A stretch of DNA of 61,475 nt, the filler included. It is 7 parts of 7 records of this genome, joined end to end, with 100 filler letters (N's around TTAATTAATTAA, not from the genome) between each part and the next. Parts side by side here need not be neighbours in the genome. Positions count along the whole stretch, not along the records: positions 1 to 6,227 come from SRR31147125_47261; positions 6,328 to 16,829 come from SRR31147125_47283; 5 more parts are not named here. One strand, given 5' to 3'. Shown here one piece after another: positions 1 through 10,819 of this stretch. Under the pieces are notes generated by a model. It ran no database searches and was not told where the DNA came from. It worked only from the letters and a program-made list of their open reading frames with translations. Numbering within the stretch: position 1 is the stretch's first letter; every line of letters starts with the position of its first letter. A program made the position numbers and the translations under genes.

Positions 1-711
1 CCCCAAATAAACTTCAATGACCGTCTTGCTGGAGGCGATCTCTTCCGGCTTGCCCTCGGCAATCTTCGCCCCGTGATGCAGCACGACAATGCGGTCACAT
101 ATGTTCATGATCGCCTTCATGACATGCTCGATCATAATAATCGTTATTCCGGAATCGCGGATCTTGGTGACGAGAGCCATCGCATCGCCAACCTCCGACG
201 GATTGAGGCCTGCCATCACTTCGTCCAGCAGCAGCAGCTTCGGCCGCGTGGCCAGCGCCCGCGCGACCTCAAGGCGTTTTTGATGCGCCAAGGGGATATC
301 GGGCACCATCTTGTCCCGATACTCGGTGAGTCCAACGAAATCAAGCACCTCATCGGTGATTTCAGCAGCGTCCGCAGCCGACCGGCCTTTTTTGCCGAAC
401 AGCGCGCCCATCATGACATTTTGACGTACCGGCAAGCCGCCGAAGTTCTTAGCAGCCTGAAAGGAGCGGCCAATACCGAGACGGCATATCTGATTGGGCT
501 TCATACCGCTGATTTTTTGTCCGTTAAAGGTAATCGTCCCGGCGTCAAGCTGTATCGCGCCGGAGACGAGATTGAAAAGCGTCGTCTTTCCTGCGCCGTT
601 GGGGCCGATGAGTCCGAGAATCTCACCCTCGTTTACGAAAAAGTCTACCTGAGACGTCGCCGTCAGTCCGCCGAAAGATTTATTAAGACCTTTTGCCTCA
701 AGAATTGGCAT
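1..711 (-). CDS. livG: Branched-chain amino acid-type ABC transporter ATP-binding subunit (LivG-like), 3' end runs off the window
   Basis: Manual minus-strand translation from ATG 711 gives MPILEAKGLNKSFGGLTATSQVDF..GLIGPNGAGKT (Walker A)...LLDE...IEHVM..HHGAKIAEG. The start overlaps the stop of the permease gene. Not in the ORF track because it lacks a stop in the window. Confidence 0.9.
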   Translation of the reverse strand, partial: MPILEAKGLNKSFGGLTATSQVDFFVNEGEILGLIGPNGAGKTTLFNLVSGAIQLDAGTITFNGQKISGMKPNQICRLGIGRSFQAAKNFGGLPVRQNVMMGALFGKKGRSAADAAEITDEVLDFVGLTEYRDKMVPDIPLAHQKRLEVARALATRPKLLLLDEVMAGLNPSEVGDAMALVTKIRDSGITIIMIEHVMKAIMNICDRIVVLHHGAKIAEGKPEEIASSKTVIEVYLG

Positions 712-1657
712 TTTCGCGCGCCCCCTTTCTGCGGAATTTTCTCGTCAGGCCGACAAGGCCGTCCGGCAGAAGTAAAATGGCCAGAACCATAATGGCGCCG
801 AAGGCGATCATGTACCACTGCGGGTACAGTGTAATCAGTTTTTCCTGGAGCACCGTGAATATTACAGCGCCGATCACCGGCCCGATAAAGCTGTTGACAC
901 CACCGAAGATAACCATCAGCACCGGCATAAACGACATCAGCACGTTGAAAGCAATCGGCGGATCGACATAAATCATCGTCGTGGCCTTCGCGGCACCGAC
1001 AGCTCCCATGGCAAACGAGGTAATTGCGAATGCGAAGACCTTGTAAAACGTGGTGTTGATACCGGCATGAGCCGCGGCATCTTCGCTCTCGCCGATGGTG
1101 ATTAGCGCCATACCAAACCGCGAGCGCCGAATTATCAGCGACACGATAAGGATCAGCACCAGCACGGCAAACATGCAGTAAAAAACATACACGTAATCGA
1201 CCGTAATGACAGTGCGTCCGCGCGTACCGGAAAATTTGGTCTCATACCATAAAATCAGGCTTTGCAGCAGCAAAACCAGACCGAAGGTGAAAATCGTGAA
1301 GTACACACCGCGCAGGCGCAGTGTGATCGCGCCGATAATCAGCGCCAGAATAAAGCTGGCTGCGCCGCCAACGAGCATGAGAAGCGGCAGCGGCAGGCTG
1401 TAGCCAAACAGCGCCGAGGCGTATACGCCGACGCCGAAAAAGGCCGCCGTCGCCAGAGATTGATAGCCTGTCGGGCCGGAAAAGATATTCCAGCTGACAG
1501 CCATGACGATATACATAATAATCGTATTGAGCAGCACGATCGTATAAGATTCGACATACAGCGGGCTAAGCGCCAGAAGAATCAGCGCCAGCACCACAAC
1601 TCCCGGAGGGGCAATCTTTTTAGGGGTCAGGCGGTTTCCTGACTTAAATATATTCAT
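698..1657 (-). CDS. livM: Branched-chain amino acid ABC transporter permease (LivM-like)
   Basis: Hydrophobic 319 aa with LRLRGVYFTIFT, SRFGMALITIGESEDAA and GGVNSFIGPVIGA motifs. Confidence 0.9.
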   Translation of the reverse strand: MNIFKSGNRLTPKKIAPPGVVVLALILLALSPLYVESYTIVLLNTIIMYIVMAVSWNIFSGPTGYQSLATAAFFGVGVYASALFGYSLPLPLLMLVGGAASFILALIIGAITLRLRGVYFTIFTFGLVLLLQSLILWYETKFSGTRGRTVITVDYVYVFYCMFAVLVLILIVSLIIRRSRFGMALITIGESEDAAAHAGINTTFYKVFAFAITSFAMGAVGAAKATTMIYVDPPIAFNVLMSFMPVLMVIFGGVNSFIGPVIGAVIFTVLQEKLITLYPQWYMIAFGAIMVLAILLLPDGLVGLTRKFRRKGARENANS

Positions 1658-1661
1658 TTCA

Positions 1662-2525
1662 TTACCTCCCCAGTAACCCTTTAGGCCGCACCAGCAGCAG
1701 CGCCAGAATGATCAAATAGTAGGCCACCATCGACAAACTCGGTTCAATATAGCTGAACAAGCTGCCGACAAGCCCGAGGATCAGTCCGCCGATAATACTG
1801 CCGGGAATGCTGCCCATACCGCCTAAAACGACAACAATCAGCGCTATGACGGTATACTGCATACCCATCTTCGTGCTGATTTGATTGTACATACTAATAA
1901 GCGAGCCGGCTACGCCGGCCAAAACAGCACCGATGCCGAAGCTGATGGCCATCGTTTTATTGATTTTCACGCCCATCATGCTGGCTGCCGTGGGGTCCTG
2001 GCTGGCAGCCCGGATAGACTTTCCCATCCGCGAGCGGGACAAAAACAGGTAAAACAGCACGCAGACCACCAGTGCTATCAGCAGTACGAAAAGCTTGTTG
2101 GCGGCTGTTTCTGCGCCAAAAATATTGATGCTGAATTTTAGATAGTCATATCCCTGAAGCTGGGATCCCCATATTTTCTGTCCGACGTTCGACAGGATGA
2201 ACATCAACCCGAAGGACAGCAGCATGGCGTTGCCCTCAAAAACGCCGGGCGACGGCGTGAGGATCTTCAGCCACCTGTAAATAGTGATATGTAAGAGAAA
2301 ACCAATCAGAAACGCCGCCGGTCCGCAGATGACAAGGGCCAGCAGCGGATGCACCCCGGCCATGACAAGCGCCCACGTTAAAAAAGCCGCGAGCATAATG
2401 AATTCGCCGTGTGATACATTAAGAATTCGGGCAACACCATACTGAAGGCTGAGCCCCATAGAGATCAGCGCGTAGATACCGCCCACAATCAAACCGCCGA
2501 TTATGATATTTAATACGGTAGTCAT
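1662..2525 (-). CDS. livH: Branched-chain amino acid ABC transporter permease (LivH-like)
   Basis: GGIYALISMGLSLQYGVARILNVSHGEF, SRMGKSIRAASQDP and VVLGGMGSIPG motifs. Confidence 0.9.
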   Translation of the reverse strand: MTTVLNIIIGGLIVGGIYALISMGLSLQYGVARILNVSHGEFIMLAAFLTWALVMAGVHPLLALVICGPAAFLIGFLLHITIYRWLKILTPSPGVFEGNAMLLSFGLMFILSNVGQKIWGSQLQGYDYLKFSINIFGAETAANKLFVLLIALVVCVLFYLFLSRSRMGKSIRAASQDPTAASMMGVKINKTMAISFGIGAVLAGVAGSLISMYNQISTKMGMQYTVIALIVVVLGGMGSIPGSIIGGLILGLVGSLFSYIEPSLSMVAYYLIILALLLVRPKGLLGR

Positions 2526-2572
2526 GTAAATAAGCTCCTATCTGTGCAAATCGGGAAATGGGTTTGATACAT

Positions 2573-2620
2573 GGCAGGCTGCCTAAAGGTTACCACTTCT
2601 GTGCCCCTAGACAGCCTGCC
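2573..2620 (-). terminator. Intergenic stem-loop after the substrate-binding protein gene (stabiliser or partial terminator)
   Basis: GGCAGGCTG(c)CTA ... TAG(a)CAGCCTGCC inverted repeat between the SBP and first permease genes, a common position for such hairpins in ABC operons. Confidence 0.55.
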
Positions 2621-2686
2621 GATCAACTTTTATTGAAGGTCAGCTATGGAATTTGATGATTGTGCGTTGATATTCTAATCCTGTGC

Positions 2687-4026
2687 TCAGGCAGCAGGCG
2701 GCGCCCATTCCGGTTTCGGATAGATCGGATCGGCCGTCCTGTTGTCGCCCACATCAATAACTTCCGGGAAACCGTTCTGCCACTGGCCGATCTGGCCCAT
2801 GTAGCATTCCGGCGCAAGCTCCTGATCGATAAAGTAGGTGTCGCCAAGGACCGTTGTGAAATGGTTATCCTTAATGTACTGGGAAATAACAGCGTTATCC
2901 AGCGTACCCGTCTTCTCTATGGATTCCTGCAGGACCTCGAGACCGGCATAGTAAACGTTGTGGCCCCACCAGTCCATACCGAAGCCTTCAGCGCCCTCGT
3001 TGAATTTCTGGAGACGCTCTGCGAAATCAGCCGCTTCGGGCGAGCTCTTCGAATTCCAGGCGCCTTCCCACATGATGCCCTCGACGCCTTCGGCGCCGAA
3101 GACGCCCTTGAGCGCGTCAAAGCTGCCGCCCGGGCCGATGAGGAAAACATCCGGGTTGTAGCCAACAGCCTGTGCGATGCCGATGGCCGGGAAAGTCTGG
3201 TCGGGATAGGTAAACATGATAAACGCATCCGCGCCGGATTCTTTTGCCTCGTTGACAATCGGGGTCATATCCGCGATGTCGGGGGGCACGCTCTTGGATT
3301 CGAGAATCTCAATGCCGGCCGCCGGGAATGCCTCGGCTGCGGCACCCGAGTATTCGAGGCCATGCGTATCCTGCACGTAAACGATAAAGGCCGATTTCAC
3401 ACCGAGCTCGTTGAAAATATCAACCATGGCGGGAATCTGTGTTTCGGTGTAGTTAAGCACCGAGAAGAAATCGGGATACTGCGCGAGGGTCTCCTTCAGC
3501 GAAGCGCTGCCGCCTTCCGCGCCGATCATGATGTAACCATACTGCGCCGCAATCGGTACCGCCGCGTTCAGAAACGCCGTGCTGACCGGGGGCAGGAGGA
3601 AATCGACTTTGTCTTCCAGAATCAGCTTCTGGTACAGCTGAGTCATCGTGCCAAGGTCTGACGTATCATCATAGACGATCAGCTTGACGGGCATTTTCTT
3701 TCCGTATTCCTCAACATAAATACCGCCGTCGGCATTGACTTCTTCTTCCCACATCCTGTAGCAGGGGCCGAATGCCGTCTGGTCAAACAGGGCGAAAACG
3801 CCGGTCTTGGACCGGACAGCTCCGATGAGAATTTCATCTTTGTCAGGATCAGCCGGCTTCGCGGATGCCGGCGCAGCCGATTCTGAAGGCGCTGACGATG
3901 ACTGCCCGTTGTCCGTAGCACCGGCTTCGGCTCGGTTTTCCCTGCACAGCCGGCAAACAGGCTCAGCACCAGCATAAGTGCCAGCAGCAGGGCAAAGGTT
4001 GCTTTAGGTAGTGACTTTCTCAACAT
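2687..4026 (-). CDS. ABC substrate-binding lipoprotein (LivJ/K-like), split by a frameshift near 3930
   Basis: ORF 3679-4026 supplies a signal peptide with lipobox FAGC. The other frame continues ATDNGQSSSAPSE..DEILIGAVRSKTG into ORF 2687-3754 (EEVNADGGIYVEEYGKKMPVKLIVYDD). Confidence 0.85.
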
Positions 4027-4194
4027 AGATTATGTACCTCCCTTTTTTAATTGCCTTTCCATCTAAAATTATATAAACTCAAAATAACGCAGGCATTCTC
4101 CTTTCCAAAATTCTTAAACAATAAATACAATTCATTGCCGGTGCACTTCGGATAAAATCCTGCTGTAGGGGCCGGCACCGGCTGATTCCTTTTT

Positions 4195-4234
4195 TAGTCA
4201 TCGGCACACATAGAACTATGTGTGCCGATGACTA
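4195..4234. repeat. Perfect 19-bp inverted repeat with a 2-nt spacer in the divergent intergenic region
   Basis: TAGTCATCGGCACACATAG-AA-CTATGTGTGCCGATGACTA. Confidence 0.9.
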
Positions 4235-4591
4235 CGAAAGGAGAAAATCAAGAAAAGAATCTAATATGCGATATAGCTAATATACCATGCTATAAGGTTG
4301 AAGTCTTTGGCAATAGTAACAAGCAATTTGAGAAATGATGGTCACATCGAAAATAGTATCAGGATTTATACCGATTTTCAGCGCCGAAAGCTGGTAACAA
4401 TATCCATACACTGTTATAATATCAAATATTTTTTATTAATTTTGTAATTTGGAACAATATTTTTGTAATTTTTATACGATTCGCTTTGTTGGCATATCAC
4501 AAAATATGATCCTGACAGCCGGCCAAATTTGACTTTTTTTATGTATTGTGAGATACTTTTTTTGATTTATTGTAAGGTGGGAAGGGGTAAA

Positions 4592-6186
4592 ATGCAGATT
4601 TCGCTCAACATCATTTTAGATGTTCTCCAGTCTTTCAGCCTTGAAAAACACATTGGCGACGATGATCCGGTATCCTTTTCCAAATGCCTTCCCCTGCCGG
4701 ATGAAGCCGGCGAATTTGAGCACGACTGTCTGTATGTCGGCGGTTTGTCCAAAGCCATTGCACTGTGCAAAAGTCATCCCGGGCTATACTGCATCTGTCA
4801 GCGGGACCGGATTAAAGACGGCTTCGAGACAGACGAGTGCCTATCGGGGCTCATCATCGTGAATGAGAACATCACTGTAACAGCACTTTTTACGCTTATC
4901 CAGAACCGTTTTTTTGAAGTTATCAGCTGGATACAGCAGATGCACGAGGCCCTTATTAAAAAGGCGACGATTCAGGAGATCATTGATCTGTGCTATCCCA
5001 TTATCGATAACTATATCGCCATATCCGACTCGTCGCTGATGCTGATGGCCTATTCCCGTCACATCCCGTGTGATGACCCGATTTGCGTCGCGCTCCGAAC
5101 ACACGGTTATTTCCCGGAGGAAACGATCCAGATTTTCCGAAAGTACGACCTGTTCAAGGTTTGGGAGATGGCCAACGAAGCCTATATTGACGACAGCCTG
5201 GAGATTGCCAAATACCCCGTCTATCATAAGCTCTTTAAATTCGGGCGAACGTACTTTTCCCACGTTGTCATGACCTGTAACCGTACGCCAATGACAAAGA
5301 GCTTGATTGATCTTTTCAACATTTTAATCGACGTGCTGTCGGTTTGCATGGAGCGCGCGTGGGAAGAAAAAATGCGTGCAATCACATATACGACACGCTC
5401 CTCACCGATCTCGTCGAGGGCACTATCACCGATGAAGCCATTATTGAGGAGCGCGCGCAATACGTCGGCATCCCGCTGACGGGCAAGTTCTGCCTGTTTC
5501 AGATCGTCCCCAACAATGCGCCGAATATTTCAATCGGGAAAATGCTCATTGAATTTTCAGAGTTCTTTCCGCGCTTCCGATTTATTCGCTACCAGCAGCG
5601 TATTGTGGCCATCAATCACTTTTATACCAAAGATGTTGACGATCAGCTGGGCACCATCAGCCAGGGACTGGAATCCTTTTTGGAAAAATACGACGCGATT
5701 TGCGGCGTCAGCCTTTTTTTCACCAGCCTTGAGGAGATGCAGTTTGCTTTTCAGCAGTCCACTCTGGCACTTAAGTACGCCCATCATATGCGTGGCAGCG
5801 CCATCAGCCGGAGTATCCGCCTGCAGGGCGACAAAGAAAGCCGCATCCATTATTTCAGCCAAAAGTATGTTTTTTGTCTGCTGGGTGAAAATGACGCCAA
5901 CGCAGAGCTCTGGTATCACAGCGACTATCACGAGATGCTTTTAAAGCTGTATCAGCACGACGAACGCCATAAGAGCAACAACCTGCAACTGCTTCATGTT
6001 TATCTGTGCTTTGAACGCAACGCCACGGAATCGGCCAAAGAGCTCAATATGCACCGCAACAATGTTACATACCATATAAACCGCATTCAGGAAATGCTCC
6101 AGGTCAATCTGGACGATCCGCACGTACGCTTTATGATGCTGATGTCTTTCTTCCTGCTGGAGCTGTACGGCTTTTCCGGCACCTGA
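4592..6186 (+). CDS. PucR/CdaR-family transcriptional regulator, frameshifted in an A-run near 5370
   Basis: ATG 4592 follows GGAAGGGG. C-terminal HTH reads LHVYLCFERNATESAKELNMHRNNVTYHINRIQEML. ORFs 4529-5479 and 5344-6186 join at WEEK/NACNH. Confidence 0.85.
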
Positions 6187-6197
6187 AAAACCATAAA

Positions 6198-6225
6198 CGA
6201 AAAAGCCGCGGAAGCGGCTTTTTCG
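6198..6225 (+). terminator. Rho-independent terminator (bidirectional form)
   Basis: CGAAAAAGCCGC-GGAA-GCGGCTTTTTCG immediately after the regulator stop. Confidence 0.85.
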
Positions 6226-6227
6226 AC

Positions 6228-6327
6228 NNNNNNNNNNNNNNNNNNNNNNNNNNNNNNNNNNNNNNNNNNNNTTAATTAATTAANNNNNNNNNNNNNNNNN
6301 NNNNNNNNNNNNNNNNNNNNNNNNNNN
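6228..6327. other. Artificial contig spacer (N44-TTAATTAATTAA-N44)
   Basis: Identical 100-bp spacer with stops in all six frames recurs six times, and composition changes across it. Confidence 0.98.
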
Positions 6328-6341
6328 TCCAACCATCTAAC

Positions 6342-6847
6342 TCACGGAGCGGGAAATTGCTCCAGGTTGTTCATAGCCGTGGCAACGCCCTGGTCGGCCG
6401 CTTTCTTGTACCACTCGCTCGCCTTCTCATAGTTCCGCTCAACAGACCACCCCTGCGCATAAAAATAACCGACTTTGAACTGTGCCTGCCTGAGTCCTTT
6501 CTCAACAGCAGATAGATAGTGCGAAAACGCCTTGTCCAGATCCTTAAACTCCCCCTCATAAATCAAACCCAGGTTTGAGTGGGCATAGCTGTGTCCCTGG
6601 TCCGCAGCCTTCAGGAATAAATCATGAGCCCGCTGATAATCCCTGGCCACTCCCAGCCCCTTGAAATCAAACCAACCCGCCCAGTATTGTCCTTTGGCAC
6701 TGCCCTCATCAGCCGCCTGCAGATAAAGCTCAAGGGCCTGGCCATAATCCTGGTTACTTCCCACGGATATGTCTGGCCTGAACTGGTTGATGGAATCACA
6801 AAGAAAAAGAACAGGAGGACAGGAAGGAATCTGATCAGCAGTATCAT
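6342..6847 (-). CDS. Secreted Sel1-like repeat protein, frameshifted near 6770 and truncated
   Basis: Signal peptide MILLIRFLPVLLFFFFVIPSTSSG in one frame. Sel1 repeats (QDYGQALELYLQAADEG, AQFKVGYFYAQGWSVERNYEKASEWYKKAADQG) in another. Ends mid-repeat. Confidence 0.75.
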
Positions 6848-7297
6848 GGTCGGCTCCTCGAATAGTAAGGTTGACGATTAAACCATACAGTGTTGAAACA
6901 ATTTACCAGTTATTTCAACCTATTTTCAACGCATTCACACAAAGGTATGTTTCTGAATATTGCCGACCACAGGCGCTCAGTTCCTGTATACACTCCCCCC
7001 GCACCGTTTGAGAATGTGGTTATTTGGCGGTCGCTCAGCCATCAATCACGGGGTCGATGCAATCCGGCGGCGCAACTTTGCGTGGCAGAACATCAACCGC
7101 CCTTTTATCACACTCCTGCTGATCGCCGGCTTTGTCTATCCGGTATTTATCGCGATTCAGGGACTTCACTGAGTTCGTGATTATTATCTGCACTACCGAT
7201 TTACCTGAAAAAAACGCTACCGGGTTCCCGCGACGGGGAGCCGACGGGTACAGGAGTTCAACAGAACCAACAGGGGATTACTGATTTGAGTACATCA

Positions 7298-8827
7298 ATG
7301 AGAATCGCTATCCAATATACGTTTGCCGTTTTGTCTCTGACCTTCTACGGGGGGCAGGTCTGACCGTACATGGCCTCCCTGTCCCCCGTGTCCCTGGGGA
7401 CAATGATCTCGATCGGTTTTCTGGCGCTGCTGGTTGTCCGGCAGTTGCTGGTAAAACGCATGGTAGACCAGGCGAGCCGGTATGAGCAGCCCAGACGAAT
7501 TTTCTTCCTCGAATTTTTCATCTGCATCTGTGCCGGCCTCACGATCATGGCCTTCCAGAACCTGGTATATCAGTTTCCCCTGACAAGTACCCTGTCCCTG
7601 CTTATCGGCTGCATCATCGCAGGCTTTTTCATCGGGCTGAACTCTTCGCTCATCAGGGAACGGGAGGTTATTGCCAGCGCCGCCAAATCAGGCGAACACG
7701 ATTACCGCCTCGTACACTATTCGCCCATTACCCTTAAGTTCACCCTGATCGCCGCCACCACCTTCGTGTTCGTGTGCCTCGTCCTCATCATGGTATTCTC
7801 GCGGGATGTCGAATGGCTGGCAAATACAGCCCGGGACGCGGACTCGATACTGAACGCCCAGTTGTCGGTCATCTACGAGATTCTGTTCATCATGGGCGTG
7901 TTGATGATTCTGATCTTCAACCTCATCTTCTCCTACTCCCAGAACCTCAAACAGCTGTTCAACAATCAGACGGTGATCCTCGAGAAGGTGCGGCAGGGCG
8001 ATCTGAGAAGCAAAGTTCCAGTCGCGACCCGGGACGAATTCGGGGTGATCGCGGAACATACCAACCACATGATCGACGGTCTCAGACACCGCTTTGAACT
8101 GATGCACTCCCTCGAACTCGCCGAAGAAGTCCAGCAGAATCTGCTGCCGACCCGCAACCCCTCGGTGCAGGGTTACGATATCAGCGGCATATCAATGTAT
8201 TGCGACCAGACCGGCGGAGACTATTTCGATTACTTCAGCCTGCCCGGCGACAAACTCGGCATCACTATCGCGGACGCGTGCGGCCACGGGGTCGGAGCCG
8301 CCATGCTGATGACCACGGTTCGTGCCTTTCTGATCTCGGCAGTGGAGAACTACCAGGAACCCGCGCGCCTGCTGAACGAAATCAACCGCTGGATCAGCAG
8401 GGACTGCGCGGCCAGTGGGAACTTTACAACGATGTTTTTCCTGGAGCTCGATCCCCACACAACGGAGGTGCGCTGGGTGAGGGCCGGACACGAACCGCCG
8501 CTCCACTTCCACCGCAGTTCGGGACAGATCACGAAACTCGAGGGTAATGGCATCGTGCTCGGTATTGACGATTCATACCGTTTTGAGAACCAGACCAGCA
8601 GTATCGAGCAAGGCGACGTCATTCTCCTCGGAACCGACGGCATATTCGAGACAAGAAACCGGCAAAACACGCTGTTCGGGTACGAGAGGGTCCAGGAAAT
8701 CATCACCCTCCATCAGGATCAGGCAACGGCGGTCATCCAGGAACGCATCGTGTCGGAGGTGAAGACCTTCCGCGGTGATATTGACCAGGAGGACGACATA
8801 ACCCTGGTTGTGATCAAGGCCGATTGA
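7298..8827 (+). CDS. Membrane-bound HAMP plus SpoIIE/PP2C (RsbU-like) phosphatase, probable selenoprotein (Sec at codon 22, TGA 7361-7363), 509 aa
   Basis: ATG 7298 gives MRIAIQYTFAVLSLTFYGGQV*PY in frame with ORF 7370-8827. HAMP motif TRDEFGVIAEHTNHMIDGL. PP2C motifs GGDYFD, ADACGHG, AGHEPP, GTDGIFE, QEDDITLVVI. Phosphatase call about 0.95; Sec extension about 0.8. Confidence 0.85.
7380..7402 (+). promoter_or_regulatory. Putative bacterial SECIS element
   Basis: Perfect 7-bp stem TGTCCCC/GGGGACA with loop CGTGTCCCT (G at loop position 2, followed by U). The stem starts 16 nt after the in-frame TGA. Confidence 0.7.
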
Positions 8828-8938
8828 GGACGGCTGTCTTGAAATCAGAAGCCTGCCAGGAACCGGCGGCAAATTCCCTTCCTATGTGCTATGGTGGTGT
8901 AAGCCGGTAACCGATACACACCAGAGGGGGAAGTCAGC

Positions 8939-9892
8939 GTGAACAAGGCCGGAACTTCAGTATTCCAGGAGCACCTCGAACTTGACCGCAGGCATATCTG
9001 GGCCACGCTGCGCTCCTGGATGGAGGTCAACGCCTTCAAACAGCTGCGCAAGGGGGGCAAGCGCAGGCACAATTGGGATCTGCTGGAGCGTGCTCTCAAG
9101 GTTTTCGCGGTCCTCCTCAAGCTTACCGGCATGTACGAGCGGGGGCAGGCCCATGCGGCTGATATCAGGCTGACCGAGCTGGAAGTCCCCCTCCGGCAGT
9201 TGCCTCCATCGTTTCACGGCTTTACCATTCTCCACATTACGGACCCCCACTTCGACTCCCTGCCCAGGGTCGCCGAAAAAATCCTCTCTCTGACCGACGG
9301 CCTCGAATTCGACATCTGCGTTCTGACCGGAGATTACCGGCTTTCGATCTACGGGAAGTTCAGGCAGGTTCTGCCGTCCCTTGAAGTGCTGGTGAACGGT
9401 ATTGCGTCAAAGGAAGGATTTGTCGCAACTCTGGGCAACCACGACACCGTCTTCATGGTGGACCCGTTCGAGGAACGGGGAGTCCGCATGCTGATCAACG
9501 AGACGATCAGGATCATCCGCGGCGAGGACACCATCTATTTCACCGGTGTCGACGACCCCCACTATTACTACACGCCGATGGCCGACGAGGCGCTGGAAAT
9601 GGCGCCCGACGGTTGTAAAATAGCCCTGATCCACTCGCCCGAGCTCTACGACCTCGCCGAGGAGTTCGGTTATTCGCTCTACCTCGCCGGCCATACGCAC
9701 GGCGGTCAGATCACCCTGCCCGACGGCCGACCGATCATCAAGCACCTCAACAACGGCAAACAGTTCGCCAAAGGACTCTGGCGCCACAACGACATGATCG
9801 GCTATACCAGCAACGGTGCGGGCTCCTCCGGCATCCCGGTGCGGTTCAACACGCGGGGCGAGGTGACCCGCATTACACTGGTACAGGCCTGA
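8939..9892 (+). CDS. Calcineurin-like metallophosphoesterase (YkuE/YaeI-like)
   Basis: Motifs DPH, LTGDY, LGNHD, LIHSPE, LAGHTHGGQI and VRFNTRGE. Confidence 0.9.
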   Translation: MNKAGTSVFQEHLELDRRHIWATLRSWMEVNAFKQLRKGGKRRHNWDLLERALKVFAVLLKLTGMYERGQAHAADIRLTELEVPLRQLPPSFHGFTILHITDPHFDSLPRVAEKILSLTDGLEFDICVLTGDYRLSIYGKFRQVLPSLEVLVNGIASKEGFVATLGNHDTVFMVDPFEERGVRMLINETIRIIRGEDTIYFTGVDDPHYYYTPMADEALEMAPDGCKIALIHSPELYDLAEEFGYSLYLAGHTHGGQITLPDGRPIIKHLNNGKQFAKGLWRHNDMIGYTSNGAGSSGIPVRFNTRGEVTRITLVQA

Positions 9893-9933
9893 CTCTAGGA
9901 GACGCACTCGGGGGATTTTTCATCCTCTCGGTT

Positions 9934-10190
9934 GTGAATATGGCCTTCAACCTTGTGGCCATGTATTACCTTGTGGCCATGTATTTCCTGGACACGATGG
10001 GGCGCCGCAGAATGCTCGCAATCGGCGCCACCGGTGCGATGCTCTGTCTGATCGCCATCAGCACCGGCTACAGTGAAAAAATCACGGAACAATCTGTCGC
10101 CCACCTTGGCGCCCGGGGTCTGATCAACAAACCCATCGTCAAGTCGAAGCTGGCCGAAGTCATCCGCAGGGTCCTGGACGGGGATGACCT
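9934..10190 (+). pseudogene. Chimeric remnant: MFS sugar-porter helix fragment fused to a receiver-domain C-terminus
   Basis: NLVAMYFLDTMGRRRMLAIGATG resembles the sugar-porter D-x-x-GRR loop. ISTGYSEKITEQ..LINKPIVKSKLAEVIRRVLDG resembles the end of a REC domain. End coordinate is approximate. Confidence 0.55.
9950..9985 (+). repeat. 18-bp perfect tandem duplication
   Basis: ACCTTGTGGCCATGTATT twice. Confidence 0.9.
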
Positions 10191-10198
10191 GAAACACC

Positions 10199-10782
<584 letters not shown>

Positions 10783-10819
10783 GCTGCTCTTTTCTGATTC
10801 TCATAGTAATGATCTGTTT

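Noticed and set aside
73-3661. Long plus-strand ORFs 73-792 and 2660-3661
   Set aside because: They are antisense shadows of livG and the SBP gene, typical of GC-rich coding DNA.
5360-5375. Programmed ribosomal frameshifting or phase variation at A-runs in split genes
   Set aside because: Similar indels occur in unrelated genes on six contigs, so sequencing error is the simpler explanation.
6960-7172. 70-aa ORF with a C-terminal hydrophobic helix upstream of the phosphatase
   Set aside because: No credible start or RBS and no recognisable family. It may be a gene remnant.
7208-7250. GC-rich hairpin upstream of the phosphatase as a c-di-GMP riboswitch
   Set aside because: The conserved GGCAAAC/GCAAAGC elements were not seen. 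Only a generic stem-loop is present.
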